Below, piece by piece: positions 29,667 through 39,969 of a DNA stretch of 64,000 bases. A model generated the notes under the pieces. It did not search any database and was not told the DNA's origin. It was given only the letters and a program-made list of their open reading frames with translations. The DNA comes from Clostridia bacterium. GTDB lineage: Bacteria > Bacillota > Clostridia > JAAYHZ01. Position numbers and translations under genes: made by a program. The stretch covers positions 96,001 through 160,000 of the forward strand of contig JBMNIH010000003.1 in the NCBI GenBank assembly GCA_050950825.1. Direction: 5' to 3'. How positions within the stretch are numbered: position 1 is the stretch's first letter; the number at the start of each line of letters is the position of its first letter.

Positions 29667-30767
29667 TTATCCTAAATCTCCCTTCGAATACTCCGCAAGC
29701 TCGGTAATTCTTACTCCGTAATTGTCATCGATGATTACCACTTCGCCCTTTGCGATGAGCTTGCCGTTTACCACTACGTCCACCAAGTCGCCGGCAAGCT
29801 TGTCCAACACCACAATGGAACCTTCATGCAATTCCAGAATCTCTTTGATCACTTTTTTGCTTCTGCCCAATTCCACCGATACGGGCAAAGGCACGTCCAG
29901 CAAAAGATCCATGTTTTTGCTTTCTCCGAGCCTTCCGCTTTTTTCTTCTTCATCAAAAGAGGGAATATCCAAGGGTTTGATATTGACTTGTTTTCGTACA
30001 GGCTCCGTATGTTTATCCTGCATAATCCTTTCCTCGCTTTTATGCTTTTCCGCTTTCCCCGGATTGTTTTTCTGCTTCCGGCTTTGCGTACCTTTCACCG
30101 ACGGTCCCGAGACCTCCTCCGCCGGAGCTTCGCTGCTCGTATGGTTTAACAGGCCGCTTACGAGTTTTTTCGCAAAATCGATAGGCATCAGCTGCATCAG
30201 CTCGCTGTTCACAAGGTCTTCGATTACCATCTTGAAGCTGATCTTTACGTAAGCCTGTTCTCGGTCGCCGTCTTGGGGATTGTAAGCATCTCCTTCGATT
30301 ACATTCGGAGGTTCGATGTTCACCGTTTTGTTCAATATGTCGGAAAGAGAGGTTGCGGAGGAGCCGATCATTTGGTTCATAATCTCGCCCATGGCGCTTA
30401 GCCTTAATTCGTCCAATTCTCCTTCCGAGGAAGTGCCGTCACCTCCCATGACCATATCGGTGAGGATCATCACATCCTGCTTTTTCATGACCAAAATGCT
30501 GTAGCCTTCCAAGCCTTCGATGAATTTCACTTCCACAATAACGAAAGGGATCTCGTAGCTTTCCAAAAAATCCTGAAGGTTCACCAAGGACACTTTGGGG
30601 GCGGTGATTTCCACTCTTTTTCCTACCATCTCGTATAAAGCCGTAGCCGCCGTCCCCATACTGATGTTTCCGATCTCCCCTAAGGTATCTTTTTCAATAT
30701 CCGATATCACATCATTGCTTATATACACATTCTTGTTGATTTCCACAACGCTGTCGGTCAGGCTCAT
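29667..30767 (-). CDS. fliY: Flagellar switch phosphatase FliY (CheC-like + FliN domain)
   Basis: GEIGNISMG and GEIMNQMIG CheC motifs; C-terminal LLLDVPLPVSVELG...KGEVVIIDDNYGVRITE; ATG 30767 after GGAGG. Confidence 0.93.
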   Translation of the reverse strand: MSLTDSVVEINKNVYISNDVISDIEKDTLGEIGNISMGTAATALYEMVGKRVEITAPKVSLVNLQDFLESYEIPFVIVEVKFIEGLEGYSILVMKKQDVMILTDMVMGGDGTSSEGELDELRLSAMGEIMNQMIGSSATSLSDILNKTVNIEPPNVIEGDAYNPQDGDREQAYVKISFKMVIEDLVNSELMQLMPIDFAKKLVSGLLNHTSSEAPAEEVSGPSVKGTQSRKQKNNPGKAEKHKSEERIMQDKHTEPVRKQVNIKPLDIPSFDEEEKSGRLGESKNMDLLLDVPLPVSVELGRSKKVIKEILELHEGSIVVLDKLAGDLVDVVVNGKLIAKGEVVIIDDNYGVRITELAEYSKGDLG

Positions 30768-30769
30768 TC

Positions 30770-31762
30770 TCAAACCTCCTTTTTGCAATCCGTCTGGGTT
30801 ATGTAAATGGCATACTTGTTGTCTTTCGCCCCTAATTTCCCTTTAAACTTCGGAATATGCTCCAGATACAGGTTCAAAGGAGCGAAAACCTTATGATCCA
30901 ATAAAAGCACGTCGCCCGGCTGAAGATTCAAGCAATCTTGGAAGGACGTATAGGTGGTGTTGAATTTGGCAACCAAGTCCAAGCGGGAGTCTTTCAGCAT
31001 TTGGCTTATCTTAAGATTCTTTTGCTCCGATTCTTTTTTCTCGATTTTTCCGCTGTAGATGGTCCGCAAAGTCAGCTGCTTCTCAATGGGCTTAATGGAT
31101 ATGTGAGGAAGGCAAAAATGCATCAATCCTTCCGTTTCACCGATTTTTACGTTGATGGTGACAATCGCCGCCGTCTCACCGGAAGAAACGATTTGTACAA
31201 ACTGGGGATTGACCTCCAATCGCTCCAGTACGACGCGAACCGGAACCACCTTGCTCCATGCTTCCTCCAGCAAGGACGAGATTTGCTTAATGATCTTTCC
31301 CATGATGACCAGCTCGATCTCGGTAAAATTGGTTCTTTCTTCACCCTTTGTTTCGACGGACCCGCCCAGCACCCTGTTCATCATTGCGAAAGCGATTTGA
31401 GGAGATAAATCCAGCAAAGACGTTCCCGCAAGAGGCTCCATCCCTAAAATGGCGAACAATGCATTGGAAAGCAGCGAGTTGGAGAACTCGGCAAATTTGT
31501 GTTCTTCAATCGAAATCATTTCGGCTTCGCAATTCATTCTTAACGTAGCGGTTAAATAATTGTTGAAAAGGTATGTAAAACTGTCATAGATGCTCTCCAA
31601 GGACCGCATCTGCTCTTTCGTCAGCTTGTTGGCGAGCCTGAAATCGTATTTTTTGTATTTTACCTCCTCCGTCGATCGGCTCCTTTCCGAGGAGCTCGAT
31701 TTTTGCGACTGCAGCGCCGATAAGAGTTCATCGATTTCCTGCTGGGTTAATACTTGAGACAA
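30770..31762 (-). CDS. fliM: Flagellar switch protein FliM
   Basis: VLTQQEIDELL CheY-binding N-terminus; YDFR; VLGG; EVNPQFVQI. Confidence 0.95.
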   Translation of the reverse strand: MSQVLTQQEIDELLSALQSQKSSSSERSRSTEEVKYKKYDFRLANKLTKEQMRSLESIYDSFTYLFNNYLTATLRMNCEAEMISIEEHKFAEFSNSLLSNALFAILGMEPLAGTSLLDLSPQIAFAMMNRVLGGSVETKGEERTNFTEIELVIMGKIIKQISSLLEEAWSKVVPVRVVLERLEVNPQFVQIVSSGETAAIVTINVKIGETEGLMHFCLPHISIKPIEKQLTLRTIYSGKIEKKESEQKNLKISQMLKDSRLDLVAKFNTTYTSFQDCLNLQPGDVLLLDHKVFAPLNLYLEHIPKFKGKLGAKDNKYAIYITQTDCKKEV

Positions 31763-31788
31763 ATATACTCTCCCCCTTTTCTAAGGTG

Positions 31789-32187
31789 CTACTGTACGAT
31801 AATTTCCTGAAAATATACGCCTACGATATCTTCGCTGCCTAAGTCTTCTCCGACTTTCCGAATAATATCTTTTTTCAAGGTTTCCGCGATATCCGACTTG
31901 GCCGCATCTTCTCTTGTGATTTCTCGGAGGACGGATATGATGGAATCCCGTAATCTGTAATTGACTTTTGTAAGGTTTTCTGCAGCCTTTTTATTCTTCA
32001 ATTCAAGCATCAGCCGAACCTTGACCAAGCCGCTTCCGTCTTTTAAATTGGTGATAAATACGTCTCCGGGATCGTAGGGTACCGGTTCTTCTTCCGTTAG
32101 GCCTTTCGACACGCTGTGAACATAGATTCCGCCGGCTAATAAAACGATAGATAGAACAATAATTAATACTACCAATCCTTTATGCAT
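31789..32187 (-). CDS. fliL: FliL
   Basis: N-terminal TM; FITNL; RLRDSII; VYFQEIIVQ. Confidence 0.9.
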   Translation of the reverse strand: MHKGLVVLIIVLSIVLLAGGIYVHSVSKGLTEEEPVPYDPGDVFITNLKDGSGLVKVRLMLELKNKKAAENLTKVNYRLRDSIISVLREITREDAAKSDIAETLKKDIIRKVGEDLGSEDIVGVYFQEIIVQ

Positions 32188-32198
32188 TTTACGCGCAT

Positions 32199-32984
32199 TT
32201 AATCTCCTTCCTTCGCAATACTTTCAGCCGTCTTGGTGATGACAAAATCAACCCTTCTGTTTTTGCTCCTTCCTTCTTCCGTATCATTATCTGCTATGGG
32301 ATGATATTCGCCGTAACCTACCGCCGAAATTTTATCGGTATTAAAATCCTTTTCTTCGATCATATACCGAAGGACGGCAACGGCGCGGTAAACCGAAAGC
32401 TCCCAATTGGAAGGATATCGCCATGTGTTGATGGGTCGATTGTCCGTATGACCCTCGATCCTTACCATGGTGATTTCGTCTTCGTACTCCGTCAATACAT
32501 CCGTCATGTTGTCCAGTATGTACAAGTAATCCTCTTTCAGCTCCGCCGAACCGGAATCGAACATTACGTTATCCATAAAACGGATGACAATCTCCAAACC
32601 CTGTTTCGATACATCGATAACGCTTTCCAGGCCGCTTTCCCGGATCGAAGCCAAAATTCCTCTGTAGAGAGGGTCGATGTCCGGTATGACAAAATCAATT
32701 TCGGCCCCTTTGTAATTTTTTTCTCCTTCGCCTTCTTCCTCCGCCGCTCCCTGTTTTCCCTCATCAATCCTGAAGACGTCCCCGGGAACCTCTTCGCCGA
32801 TAGAAGGCCGGGTAGAATAGGAACCGGTGAAAGCCTCTACAAGGGACTGCCACTTTTGCTCGCTGATGGATGAAGCGGAATAAAGGAATACAAAGAAAGT
32901 CAACAACAGCGTAACCATATCTCCGTATGTATCCATCCAGTTGGCGCCCGAAGAAGAGCCGCCGTCTTTCTTATTCCTTGCCAT
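32199..32984 (-). CDS. motB: Stator MotB
   Basis: WMDTYGDMVTLLLTFF TM helix; OmpA-like EGHTD...NWELS...GYGEYHP...NRRVDF. Confidence 0.95.
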   Translation of the reverse strand: MARNKKDGGSSSGANWMDTYGDMVTLLLTFFVFLYSASSISEQKWQSLVEAFTGSYSTRPSIGEEVPGDVFRIDEGKQGAAEEEGEGEKNYKGAEIDFVIPDIDPLYRGILASIRESGLESVIDVSKQGLEIVIRFMDNVMFDSGSAELKEDYLYILDNMTDVLTEYEDEITMVRIEGHTDNRPINTWRYPSNWELSVYRAVAVLRYMIEEKDFNTDKISAVGYGEYHPIADNDTEEGRSKNRRVDFVITKTAESIAKEGD

Positions 32985-33808
32985 TACGCACTCCTCTCGG
33001 CGGCCTCCCGAACAGGGATACGATGTTCTTCCGTCGCTTGATTTTCACGTTCCATCTCCGCGATTTCCGTCTCGGATAAAAAGGCTTTCAGCTTTTGTTC
33101 GATAACACGAGGATTGAGTCCGGCTTGTATGGCTAAAACGCCTTCAAGGATCATGGCTTTATGTCTCATTTCAAGCTCCGTTCGTTCCTTCAGCCTTTTT
33201 GCAAGCGGCGTAAGAACCAAGTTGGCCATAATAACACCGTAGAAGGTGGTTATCAAAGCGACCGCCATATTTAAACCCAAAGAATCGATGTTATTCAAGT
33301 TTCTCAACATATTAATCAGACCGATCAATGTACCCACCATTCCGAATGCCGGAGAATAGGAAGACATGCTCAGAAACACTTCTTGGCCTCTTGTATGCCT
33401 TTCCTCGATGGCGTTCATCTCCGTTTCCATGGTGTTTTTCACCATCTCCGAGTCCGATCCGTCTACGACCATCATGATACCCTTTTTCAAGAAGGTATCG
33501 TTCAGTTTGTAGGCGGCTTCTTCCAAAGCAAGGGTTCCCTCTCTTCTTTGAATCACCGATAAATTCAACAAGGTCTCGATGCTTTCTTTGTAGTCGATTT
33601 CATACTTGCTCCAAGCGATACGGATCATCTTGCCGATGGCAATAAACTGTTTAAAGCTGTAGCTTGCCATGGTTGCACATATGGTGCCTCCTATGGTTAT
33701 GAGAACGGAAGACCACTCCCAATAATCACTCAATTTACCGCTTGTGGCGATGCCGGCGAAAATAGCCAGGAAGCCTAATAACACTCCTATAAAACCTGAT
33801 AAACCCAT
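32984..33808 (-). CDS. motA: Stator MotA
   Basis: RREG.LALE; DG; PAFGMVGTLIGLI; MAVALITTFYG. Confidence 0.95.
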   Translation of the reverse strand: MGLSGFIGVLLGFLAIFAGIATSGKLSDYWEWSSVLITIGGTICATMASYSFKQFIAIGKMIRIAWSKYEIDYKESIETLLNLSVIQRREGTLALEEAAYKLNDTFLKKGIMMVVDGSDSEMVKNTMETEMNAIEERHTRGQEVFLSMSSYSPAFGMVGTLIGLINMLRNLNNIDSLGLNMAVALITTFYGVIMANLVLTPLAKRLKERTELEMRHKAMILEGVLAIQAGLNPRVIEQKLKAFLSETEIAEMERENQATEEHRIPVREAAERSA

Positions 33809-33818
33809 ATTGCCTACC

Positions 33819-34031
33819 TCATTCTTTTTTCAAATTATCTCTGCGGGGATATCCGTAAACCTCCCTTTTATACTCCACGATTGTTTTGCGTATTTTGGCA
33901 ACCGACTCCTTGACGATCAATCTTCTTCCTGTAGACATCGATACCACGGTGTCCGGAGTCTCTTCCAAAAACTCAATGAAATCGGGGTTTACATAAATAA
34001 CCGAATTGTTGATTCTCGTTAGCTTGATCAT
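33819..34031 (-). CDS. flbD: FlbD/SwrD family protein
   Basis: MIKLTRIN...VNPDFIEFLEETPDTVV...VKES. Confidence 0.92.
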   Translation of the reverse strand: MIKLTRINNSVIYVNPDFIEFLEETPDTVVSMSTGRRLIVKESVAKIRKTIVEYKREVYGYPRRDNLKKE

Positions 34032-34072
34032 TGCCGGCTCCGATTGTCCTTACCCTATTGTTTCCTACGGTT

Positions 34073-34885
34073 TTAGCGCTTCAGGTTCACGACTTCTTCC
34101 AGCATGGAATCCGAAGTGGTAATCACGCGTGCATTCGCCTGGAAGCCTCTTTGGGTAACGATCATATCGGAAAACTCGTTTGTCAAATCCACATTGGACA
34201 GCTCCAACGTACCCGGCAAAACGGTTCCCGCTCCGTTCGCTCCGGGCGAACAATACACGGTTCCGGGGCTCTTCGGATTACCCGAGGCCGGCGTTGCCTG
34301 ATACAAGGATTCTCCGGCTTTGGAAAGCCCGCTGTTGTTGGGGAATACGGCGATTCCGATTTTGGCTATAACTTGGGTGGTCTTGGTAACCGTATGGGTT
34401 CCTACCACATCCCCCGATTCGTTGATGCCGATATCGGTGTATTCTGCGGGTATCGTGATGTTTAAGCCGTTCACATCCACAACAAACAATCCGTTTGCAT
34501 TGACTAAGCGTCCGTTGTTGTCGATATGGAAATTTCCCGCACGGGTATAGAACACATTGCCGAGGTTGTCTCTTACGACAAAGAAGCCGTCCCCGTTGAT
34601 GGATAGATCCAAAGGATAGTCCGTTCTTTGCACGCCGCCCGTTGTGTGAATCGTATCGATGGAAGCGACCGAAGACCCGTGGCCTACCTGCGAAGGATTC
34701 GTTCCGCCCGTAATCAGGCCGCCGCCTTCGGCTTTTTTCAATGTTTGGTTGAAGGTGTCTTGGAATGTAACTCTTTCGGATTTATATGCCACCGTATTGA
34801 CGTTGGCGATGTTGTTGCCGATAACATCCATTCTCGTTTGGTGATTTTTTAATCCGGATACTCCGGAAAGCAGTGAACGCATCAT
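34073..34885 (-). CDS. flgE: Hook protein FlgE (short, Bacillus-type)
   Basis: SGVSGLKNHQTRMDVIGNNIANVNT; LELSNVDL...TQRGFQAN; directly after flgD. Confidence 0.93.
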   Translation of the reverse strand: MMRSLLSGVSGLKNHQTRMDVIGNNIANVNTVAYKSERVTFQDTFNQTLKKAEGGGLITGGTNPSQVGHGSSVASIDTIHTTGGVQRTDYPLDLSINGDGFFVVRDNLGNVFYTRAGNFHIDNNGRLVNANGLFVVDVNGLNITIPAEYTDIGINESGDVVGTHTVTKTTQVIAKIGIAVFPNNSGLSKAGESLYQATPASGNPKSPGTVYCSPGANGAGTVLPGTLELSNVDLTNEFSDMIVTQRGFQANARVITTSDSMLEEVVNLKR

Positions 34886-34907
34886 TGTGTAATTCCTCCT
34901 CTTTGCT

Positions 34908-35312
34908 TTATTCGTAAACTTCCAGTATGTCGGAAATTTTGATTCTCTTATCGTTTACAACGGCGTATACTTGCCCTTTTTCTATGGACACTTTTTCTAC
35001 GGTTCCCTCTACGTATTCCGTGTAATACGCATTCGAAACCTTCGCCAAAATATTTTTTCCGGTTAAGGACACACCTTTTAAAAAGTCAAACCCGGAATTG
35101 ATCTTTGAGATTTCCTCCGCCATGGAAAATTGCGTCATTTGGGCGATGAACTCGGTATCGTTCATCGGACTCAAAGGATCTTGGTTTTGCAATTGGGCGA
35201 CTAAAATTTTTAAAAAGTCTTCCTTACCAAAAGTGCTTTCCTTTGTTTGGCTGCCGTATGGGATTTGGCCGCCGATTCCGTAAATATTGTTGATCTCCAT
35301 ATTATCCTCCAC
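34908..35312 (-). CDS. flgD: Hook cap FlgD
   Basis: KEDFLKILVAQLQNQDPLSPM..TEFIAQMTQFS; true start may be ATG 35300. Confidence 0.95.
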   Translation of the reverse strand: MEDNMEINNIYGIGGQIPYGSQTKESTFGKEDFLKILVAQLQNQDPLSPMNDTEFIAQMTQFSMAEEISKINSGFDFLKGVSLTGKNILAKVSNAYYTEYVEGTVEKVSIEKGQVYAVVNDKRIKISDILEVYE

Positions 35313-35317
35313 CCGTT

Positions 35318-36817
35318 TTAAATCAGTATGTTTACCCTATCGGCGCTTACATAGGATAAAGCTTGGCCGGTATGAATCTTTTCTTGTTTTCCGTCCGTCG
35401 GATTTTCAAAGAACCCGGAATATCTTTCATCTCCTTCAAAGGCCCGCCCCTGTTCGCCGTTGTCTCGGTACAAAAGACCGTTCGAAAGACTTCCTTCTTC
35501 CGAAAAACCGGAAAGCTCGATTTCTTTTACGTCCACACCCCGGACTTTTAGATTTTGGCTTATGAACGACAATTTTTCATTCAACACGTTTTGCACCGAT
35601 TCATCTGACGCCTTGATTTTAATCGTCAGCCTCTTGCCCTCTTCACGAATCGTGATGTGAAGGTCTCCTAAATGCTCGGGAACCAATCGTACGCTCATCT
35701 GCCGCGTTCCCTGCTCGGTTCTTTGTGTCAAGGCGTCCGTTATGCATTTTTCAACTTGCCTTATATCCAACTCGCTTTCCGTATCTTGTAAGGAGTTTGT
35801 TTCCTTCGCAAAAACCGATGCCGTATGGTGAAGCTCTTCCGAAAAGGACGTATCCTCAAGACGGTACGCCTTGTTTGTCGATCCGGAATCTCCTTCAACG
35901 TTTTTACCGTTTCCCGTAGCCGAAAAGAAGGCTTTCTCCTTCCGAGCAACGCTTATCGGTTCATCCGTTCGAAGGGCTTTTACATGAACCGAATCTTTTC
36001 CCGGAGCCTCTTCCGAAGAATTTTCATATATTTTTGCTTCCACGCTTTTTCCGGCTGTCGAAAAGCCTTGTATTTTAAGTGCCGATTCGCCGGAAGCCGG
36101 CCGTCTTTCTTGTAAAACAACCGAGTCCTCGGTTGCGGCTTTCTTGGGCTCGACAAGAGACGTTTCAAGCATCGGTTTTCCTTTGTCGCTTTCGATCTTT
36201 CGACCTTCCGAAAATAGGGGCGGCCGCTTATTGCCATCGAATGCAAAACGCATATCGTCGGCAACCGGGTTAGGCTCGTCAAAGGAATTGTTTTTGCTTT
36301 CGCCTGCAGGAAACCGCACCGGTGCATCCTCAAAGGCTTGTGGCTGCTCGGCAAAAGCGACTTTTATACTTTCTTTCTCATCGGCATTTTGCGCCTTTTG
36401 ACCGAACATGAAAACGTCTTGCTTCGGGTGAATCAAAGCCCCGTCGGAAGCGATACCGGCAGGCTCTTCCGTCATAACGGCCCCTTGGGATTTTGCCGCG
36501 TTTTCAAGAAGGATGGAAGGTGCATTTTTCATGCCTGCTTCAAAAGCAAATCCTTTTTGTCCCGGAATGCCGAATGCAGGTTCCGTCAAAAGATGATCCG
36601 AGCCCTTCGTATCGACAGTCTCCGCCGTTCGGGCCGGAACCGGGAAGGCTGCACTTGCAAGGATCGCCAAAGCCTCCGGATCCTTTTCATCTTCCGAATA
36701 CGAATCGTTCAGGATCGATAAAAACAAATCCGAGAATAAAGCGGAATCCTCTTTTGCCTTGGAAGCTTCTTTCGGGTATTGCCCTCTTTCAATCTCTCCG
36801 GTATGTATGCGAATCAT
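35318..36817 (-). CDS. fliK: Hook-length control protein FliK
   Basis: Low-complexity N-terminus; C-terminal VRLVPEHLGDLHI motif; upstream of flgD. Confidence 0.88.
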   Translation of the reverse strand: MIRIHTGEIERGQYPKEASKAKEDSALFSDLFLSILNDSYSEDEKDPEALAILASAAFPVPARTAETVDTKGSDHLLTEPAFGIPGQKGFAFEAGMKNAPSILLENAAKSQGAVMTEEPAGIASDGALIHPKQDVFMFGQKAQNADEKESIKVAFAEQPQAFEDAPVRFPAGESKNNSFDEPNPVADDMRFAFDGNKRPPLFSEGRKIESDKGKPMLETSLVEPKKAATEDSVVLQERRPASGESALKIQGFSTAGKSVEAKIYENSSEEAPGKDSVHVKALRTDEPISVARKEKAFFSATGNGKNVEGDSGSTNKAYRLEDTSFSEELHHTASVFAKETNSLQDTESELDIRQVEKCITDALTQRTEQGTRQMSVRLVPEHLGDLHITIREEGKRLTIKIKASDESVQNVLNEKLSFISQNLKVRGVDVKEIELSGFSEEGSLSNGLLYRDNGEQGRAFEGDERYSGFFENPTDGKQEKIHTGQALSYVSADRVNILI

Positions 36818-37470
36818 TTTGTCCCTCCTTTCCCGCTAATTTCTTTCATGATATTGGCCGCTTTCTCGGCGTCCATAAAGCTTAAAATGCCCGCTGCGGA
36901 AGAGGATTTCATGGATTTTAATATATCGGCTATCATCCGGTCGTCCTCTTGCTTTTCCATAATGCTTGCCGCTACCCGCGGTTCCATGGATTTATAGATA
37001 TCGACCAGGCTTTTCAATGCTTCCGATTCTTCCGTAGCCTTTTCGGCCATTTTTGCCAGCCTATCTTCTTCCGTTTGCAGCAATTCATATGCCTTGTCCA
37101 AATCGTTCTGTTTTTTATTCAAGTCCGCTTCTTTTCTTTTTAAGCTCGTTTCCAAAAGCCTTAATTCTTCTTCTTTTTCTTGAAGAGACATTTTTTCTTT
37201 CCGGATCTCTTCGATCTCTTCAAGATAAAGGGTATCGTTGGTTCGTAATATCCTCAAGACTTCGGTTCCCAGGTTCCGGAAGTTGAAATAGACGAGGGCT
37301 AAACAGGCGGAAAAGAGTGTCAAAAAAACCAAAGCGGTTGCAAAGGAAGCCAAAGCGGGACTTACTTTTTTCACCGTTTTCTTACGGCTTACGCCTTTGT
37401 TTTGATTCCGATGCATAGGTATCACGGTACCTTGCTTTGCGCTACTCATTCGAGAATCGTCCTCCTTCAA
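36814..37470 (-). CDS. MotE/YlxF-like protein (TM, coiled coil, MgtE-N-like domain)
   Basis: LVDIYKSMEPRVAASIM...ILKSMKSSSAAGIL; between fliJ and fliK. Confidence 0.8.
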   Translation of the reverse strand: MKEDDSRMSSAKQGTVIPMHRNQNKGVSRKKTVKKVSPALASFATALVFLTLFSACLALVYFNFRNLGTEVLRILRTNDTLYLEEIEEIRKEKMSLQEKEEELRLLETSLKRKEADLNKKQNDLDKAYELLQTEEDRLAKMAEKATEESEALKSLVDIYKSMEPRVAASIMEKQEDDRMIADILKSMKSSSAAGILSFMDAEKAANIMKEISGKGGTK

Positions 37471-37910
37471 AAACTTCCTTTGACAGCCGTTTTACCGGAT
37501 ACAATGTCTTCCAATTCCTTTTCTCCTGCTCGTGCAAGCTCCGCTAAATACTCTTCGTACTGCTTCACCTTCAGCTTTTCCAACGTCTTTTTCTCTATCG
37601 TAATGTCCAAAAGCTCTTTTTGTACTCGAGCCAATTCCTTCTTAATCTCTTCCGCTCTTCTTTTTAAATCTTGTCTTTTGTTTTCCAAGGACCGGTAGTG
37701 GTTTTCGAATATCTTCATATCTCCTGCCGTCATCCCGAATTTGGATAAATACTCTTCCTTCACCTTTGTTTTTTCGTCTTCCGTCTTTTGTATTTGCTTA
37801 TAGTAAGAGGTTAACCGTTGAAGAAGCTCGGCCTGCTTGTTTTTCAGTTGTTTTTCCATGGATACCTTGATCTTTAACAAGGGCTCCAAGGTAAATGCAA
37901 ACCTTTTCAT
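37467..37910 (-). CDS. fliJ: FliJ
   Basis: MKRFAFTLEPLLKIK...KTLEKLK...EKELED; after fliI. Confidence 0.9.
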   Translation of the reverse strand: MKRFAFTLEPLLKIKVSMEKQLKNKQAELLQRLTSYYKQIQKTEDEKTKVKEEYLSKFGMTAGDMKIFENHYRSLENKRQDLKRRAEEIKKELARVQKELLDITIEKKTLEKLKVKQYEEYLAELARAGEKELEDIVSGKTAVKGSF

Positions 37911-37913
37911 TTG

Positions 37914-39239
37914 CTACTCTCCTGCAAAAATGTCTCTGATGATGTTCAATGTATCCTCAAAAGCAAACCCCTCTTCGATTCCCTGGCAGAGAAAGGCTTC
38001 GATTTCTTTATGAAGGTCAATGCTTCGGTCGATCTCGGGGTTCGTACCCTTTTTATACGCACCGATCGTAATCAAATCGTATACATCCCTGTATACCGAC
38101 ATGACTCCTCGTACCTTATTGGCAAGGGTGATATGTTCTTTGCTTACGATATCCGGCATCACTCTGCTTACGCTTGCCAATATATCGATGGCGGGATAAT
38201 GATTACGATTGGCCAAGGCTCTCGATAAAACGATATGTCCGTCCAAAATTCCGCGAACCGTATCGGCGATAGGCTCATTCATATCGTCCCCGTCCACCAG
38301 CACGGTGTAGATTCCGGTTATGGATCCTTTATCGGAGTTTCCGGTCCTCTCTAACAAACGAGGCAGCGTTGCAAACACCGACGGGGTGTATCCTCTGGAT
38401 ACCGGCGGTTCTCCCGAGGTCATTCCGATTTCTCTTTGGGCCATGGCAAATCGGGTCAGCGAGTCCATTAAAAACAATACGTTCAATCCCTTATCTCGAA
38501 AGTATTCCGCAAGGGAGGTCCCGATCATTGCCGCCCTGACTCTTACTAACGCCGGGCGGTCGGAGGTAGCGATCACCAATACGGATTTTTTAAGGCCTTC
38601 TTCCTTTAAGTCTTTTTCGATAAAGTCACGAACCTCTCTGCCTCTTTCGCCTACCAAGGTGATGACGTTAACATCGGCCTTTGCGTTTCGGGCGATCATC
38701 CCTAAAAGCGTGCTTTTTCCCACACCGGATCCGGCAAACAGGCCGATTCTCTGCCCTCGTCCGCATGTTAAAAGACCGTCGATGGCCTTGATACCCAAGG
38801 GAAGAACCTCTCGAATCCTTTCTCTTTTAAGGGGATCCGGGGGAGAATTGTCTACATTGTAGTATTCGACGGTGCGAATATCGCCCTTATCGTCCATCGG
38901 TTTTCCCAAGCCGTCCAAGATTCTTCCGATGAATCCCATGCCCACCGGAACCGTCAACGCCCTGTTGGTGGAAACCACCTTGCTGCCGGGACCGATGCAG
39001 GACAGCTCCCCGTAGGGCATCAATAGGATATTGTTGTCTTTAAAACCGACAACCTCCGCCTCCACCGGATTCGCATCCTCCTTTAACGGATAGATCAGGC
39101 AAACCTCTCCGACCCTTGCATGAGGGCCGATGGATTCAACGGTCAAACCGATGACCCGGCACACTTCCCCGTAGTATGATACGGATTCCGTATTTTCCAG
39201 AATTTTTTCATACTCTTTAAAATCAAAGGAAATGTTCAC
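37914..39239 (-). CDS. fliI: Flagellar export ATPase FliI
   Basis: GRGQRIGLFAGSGVGKSTL; GERGREV; DSLTRFA; HYPAID. Confidence 0.97.
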   Translation of the reverse strand: MNISFDFKEYEKILENTESVSYYGEVCRVIGLTVESIGPHARVGEVCLIYPLKEDANPVEAEVVGFKDNNILLMPYGELSCIGPGSKVVSTNRALTVPVGMGFIGRILDGLGKPMDDKGDIRTVEYYNVDNSPPDPLKRERIREVLPLGIKAIDGLLTCGRGQRIGLFAGSGVGKSTLLGMIARNAKADVNVITLVGERGREVRDFIEKDLKEEGLKKSVLVIATSDRPALVRVRAAMIGTSLAEYFRDKGLNVLFLMDSLTRFAMAQREIGMTSGEPPVSRGYTPSVFATLPRLLERTGNSDKGSITGIYTVLVDGDDMNEPIADTVRGILDGHIVLSRALANRNHYPAIDILASVSRVMPDIVSKEHITLANKVRGVMSVYRDVYDLITIGAYKKGTNPEIDRSIDLHKEIEAFLCQGIEEGFAFEDTLNIIRDIFAGE

Positions 39240-39240
39240 A

Positions 39241-39969
39241 TCAAACTCCTAACGCCTCTTTAATATTGTCTAACTGCGTGGACACGCTTGCATCGATTTT
39301 TCCTTTAGAGGTATGAAGGATGCAATCGCCTTTTTTCAAGCTGTCGTCTTTTTCAAAGACGACGTCGGTAAAGTATTCCGCTTTAAACCGCTCTTGCTTG
39401 TCCCCTTCGAAGAATCGTTCGTAATCCGTTTCGCTGACGCTGATTTTAATTTTATCTTCCCAGGTCACTTTCTTAATGGCATTTAAAACCAAGGATTGGA
39501 ACACCTTCTCGTTCCTGCTCAGCTGGTAGCCCAAAATCTTTTCGGCTACATTCATGGACAAGTTCAAAATTTCCGTATGGACCGAATTCAGTATTTCCGT
39601 CTTTTCTTTGTACGCCTGTTCTAAGATCTTGTTCTTTTCCGACTCGGCCGACTCCACCAAATACGCCGATTTTTCTTCCCCTAATGCCAACCCTTTTTGG
39701 TAGCCTTCCTCCCTTGCTTTTTCGAAGATCACGGTAGACATTTCTCTTGCTTCGTTCAATATTTCTTGAGCTTCGGCTCTGGCATTGGCAACGATGGACA
39801 AAGCTAACTTTTTCGATCTTTGGATAAGAGCTTCGCTTTGGGCTTTCGCTTGTTCATACAGCCTGTCGGCATCTTCCTCTTGGCAACGTCTTGTCGTCGA
39901 TTTTATCAATACCTTCGGCATGTCCTGCAAGATATCGCTGACTTCTTGTGCTTTTAAAATCTTAACCAA
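39241..39969 (-). CDS. fliH: FliH
   Basis: AREEGYQKG repeat; GDC...GKIDASVSTQL. Confidence 0.9.
   Translation of the reverse strand: MVKILKAQEVSDILQDMPKVLIKSTTRRCQEEDADRLYEQAKAQSEALIQRSKKLALSIVANARAEAQEILNEAREMSTVIFEKAREEGYQKGLALGEEKSAYLVESAESEKNKILEQAYKEKTEILNSVHTEILNLSMNVAEKILGYQLSRNEKVFQSLVLNAIKKVTWEDKIKISVSETDYERFFEGDKQERFKAEYFTDVVFEKDDSLKKGDCILHTSKGKIDASVSTQLDNIKEALGV

Noticed and set aside
34073-34885. Truncated flgE pseudogene
   Set aside because: Both conserved termini are intact, and short hook proteins of this size are normal in Bacillota.
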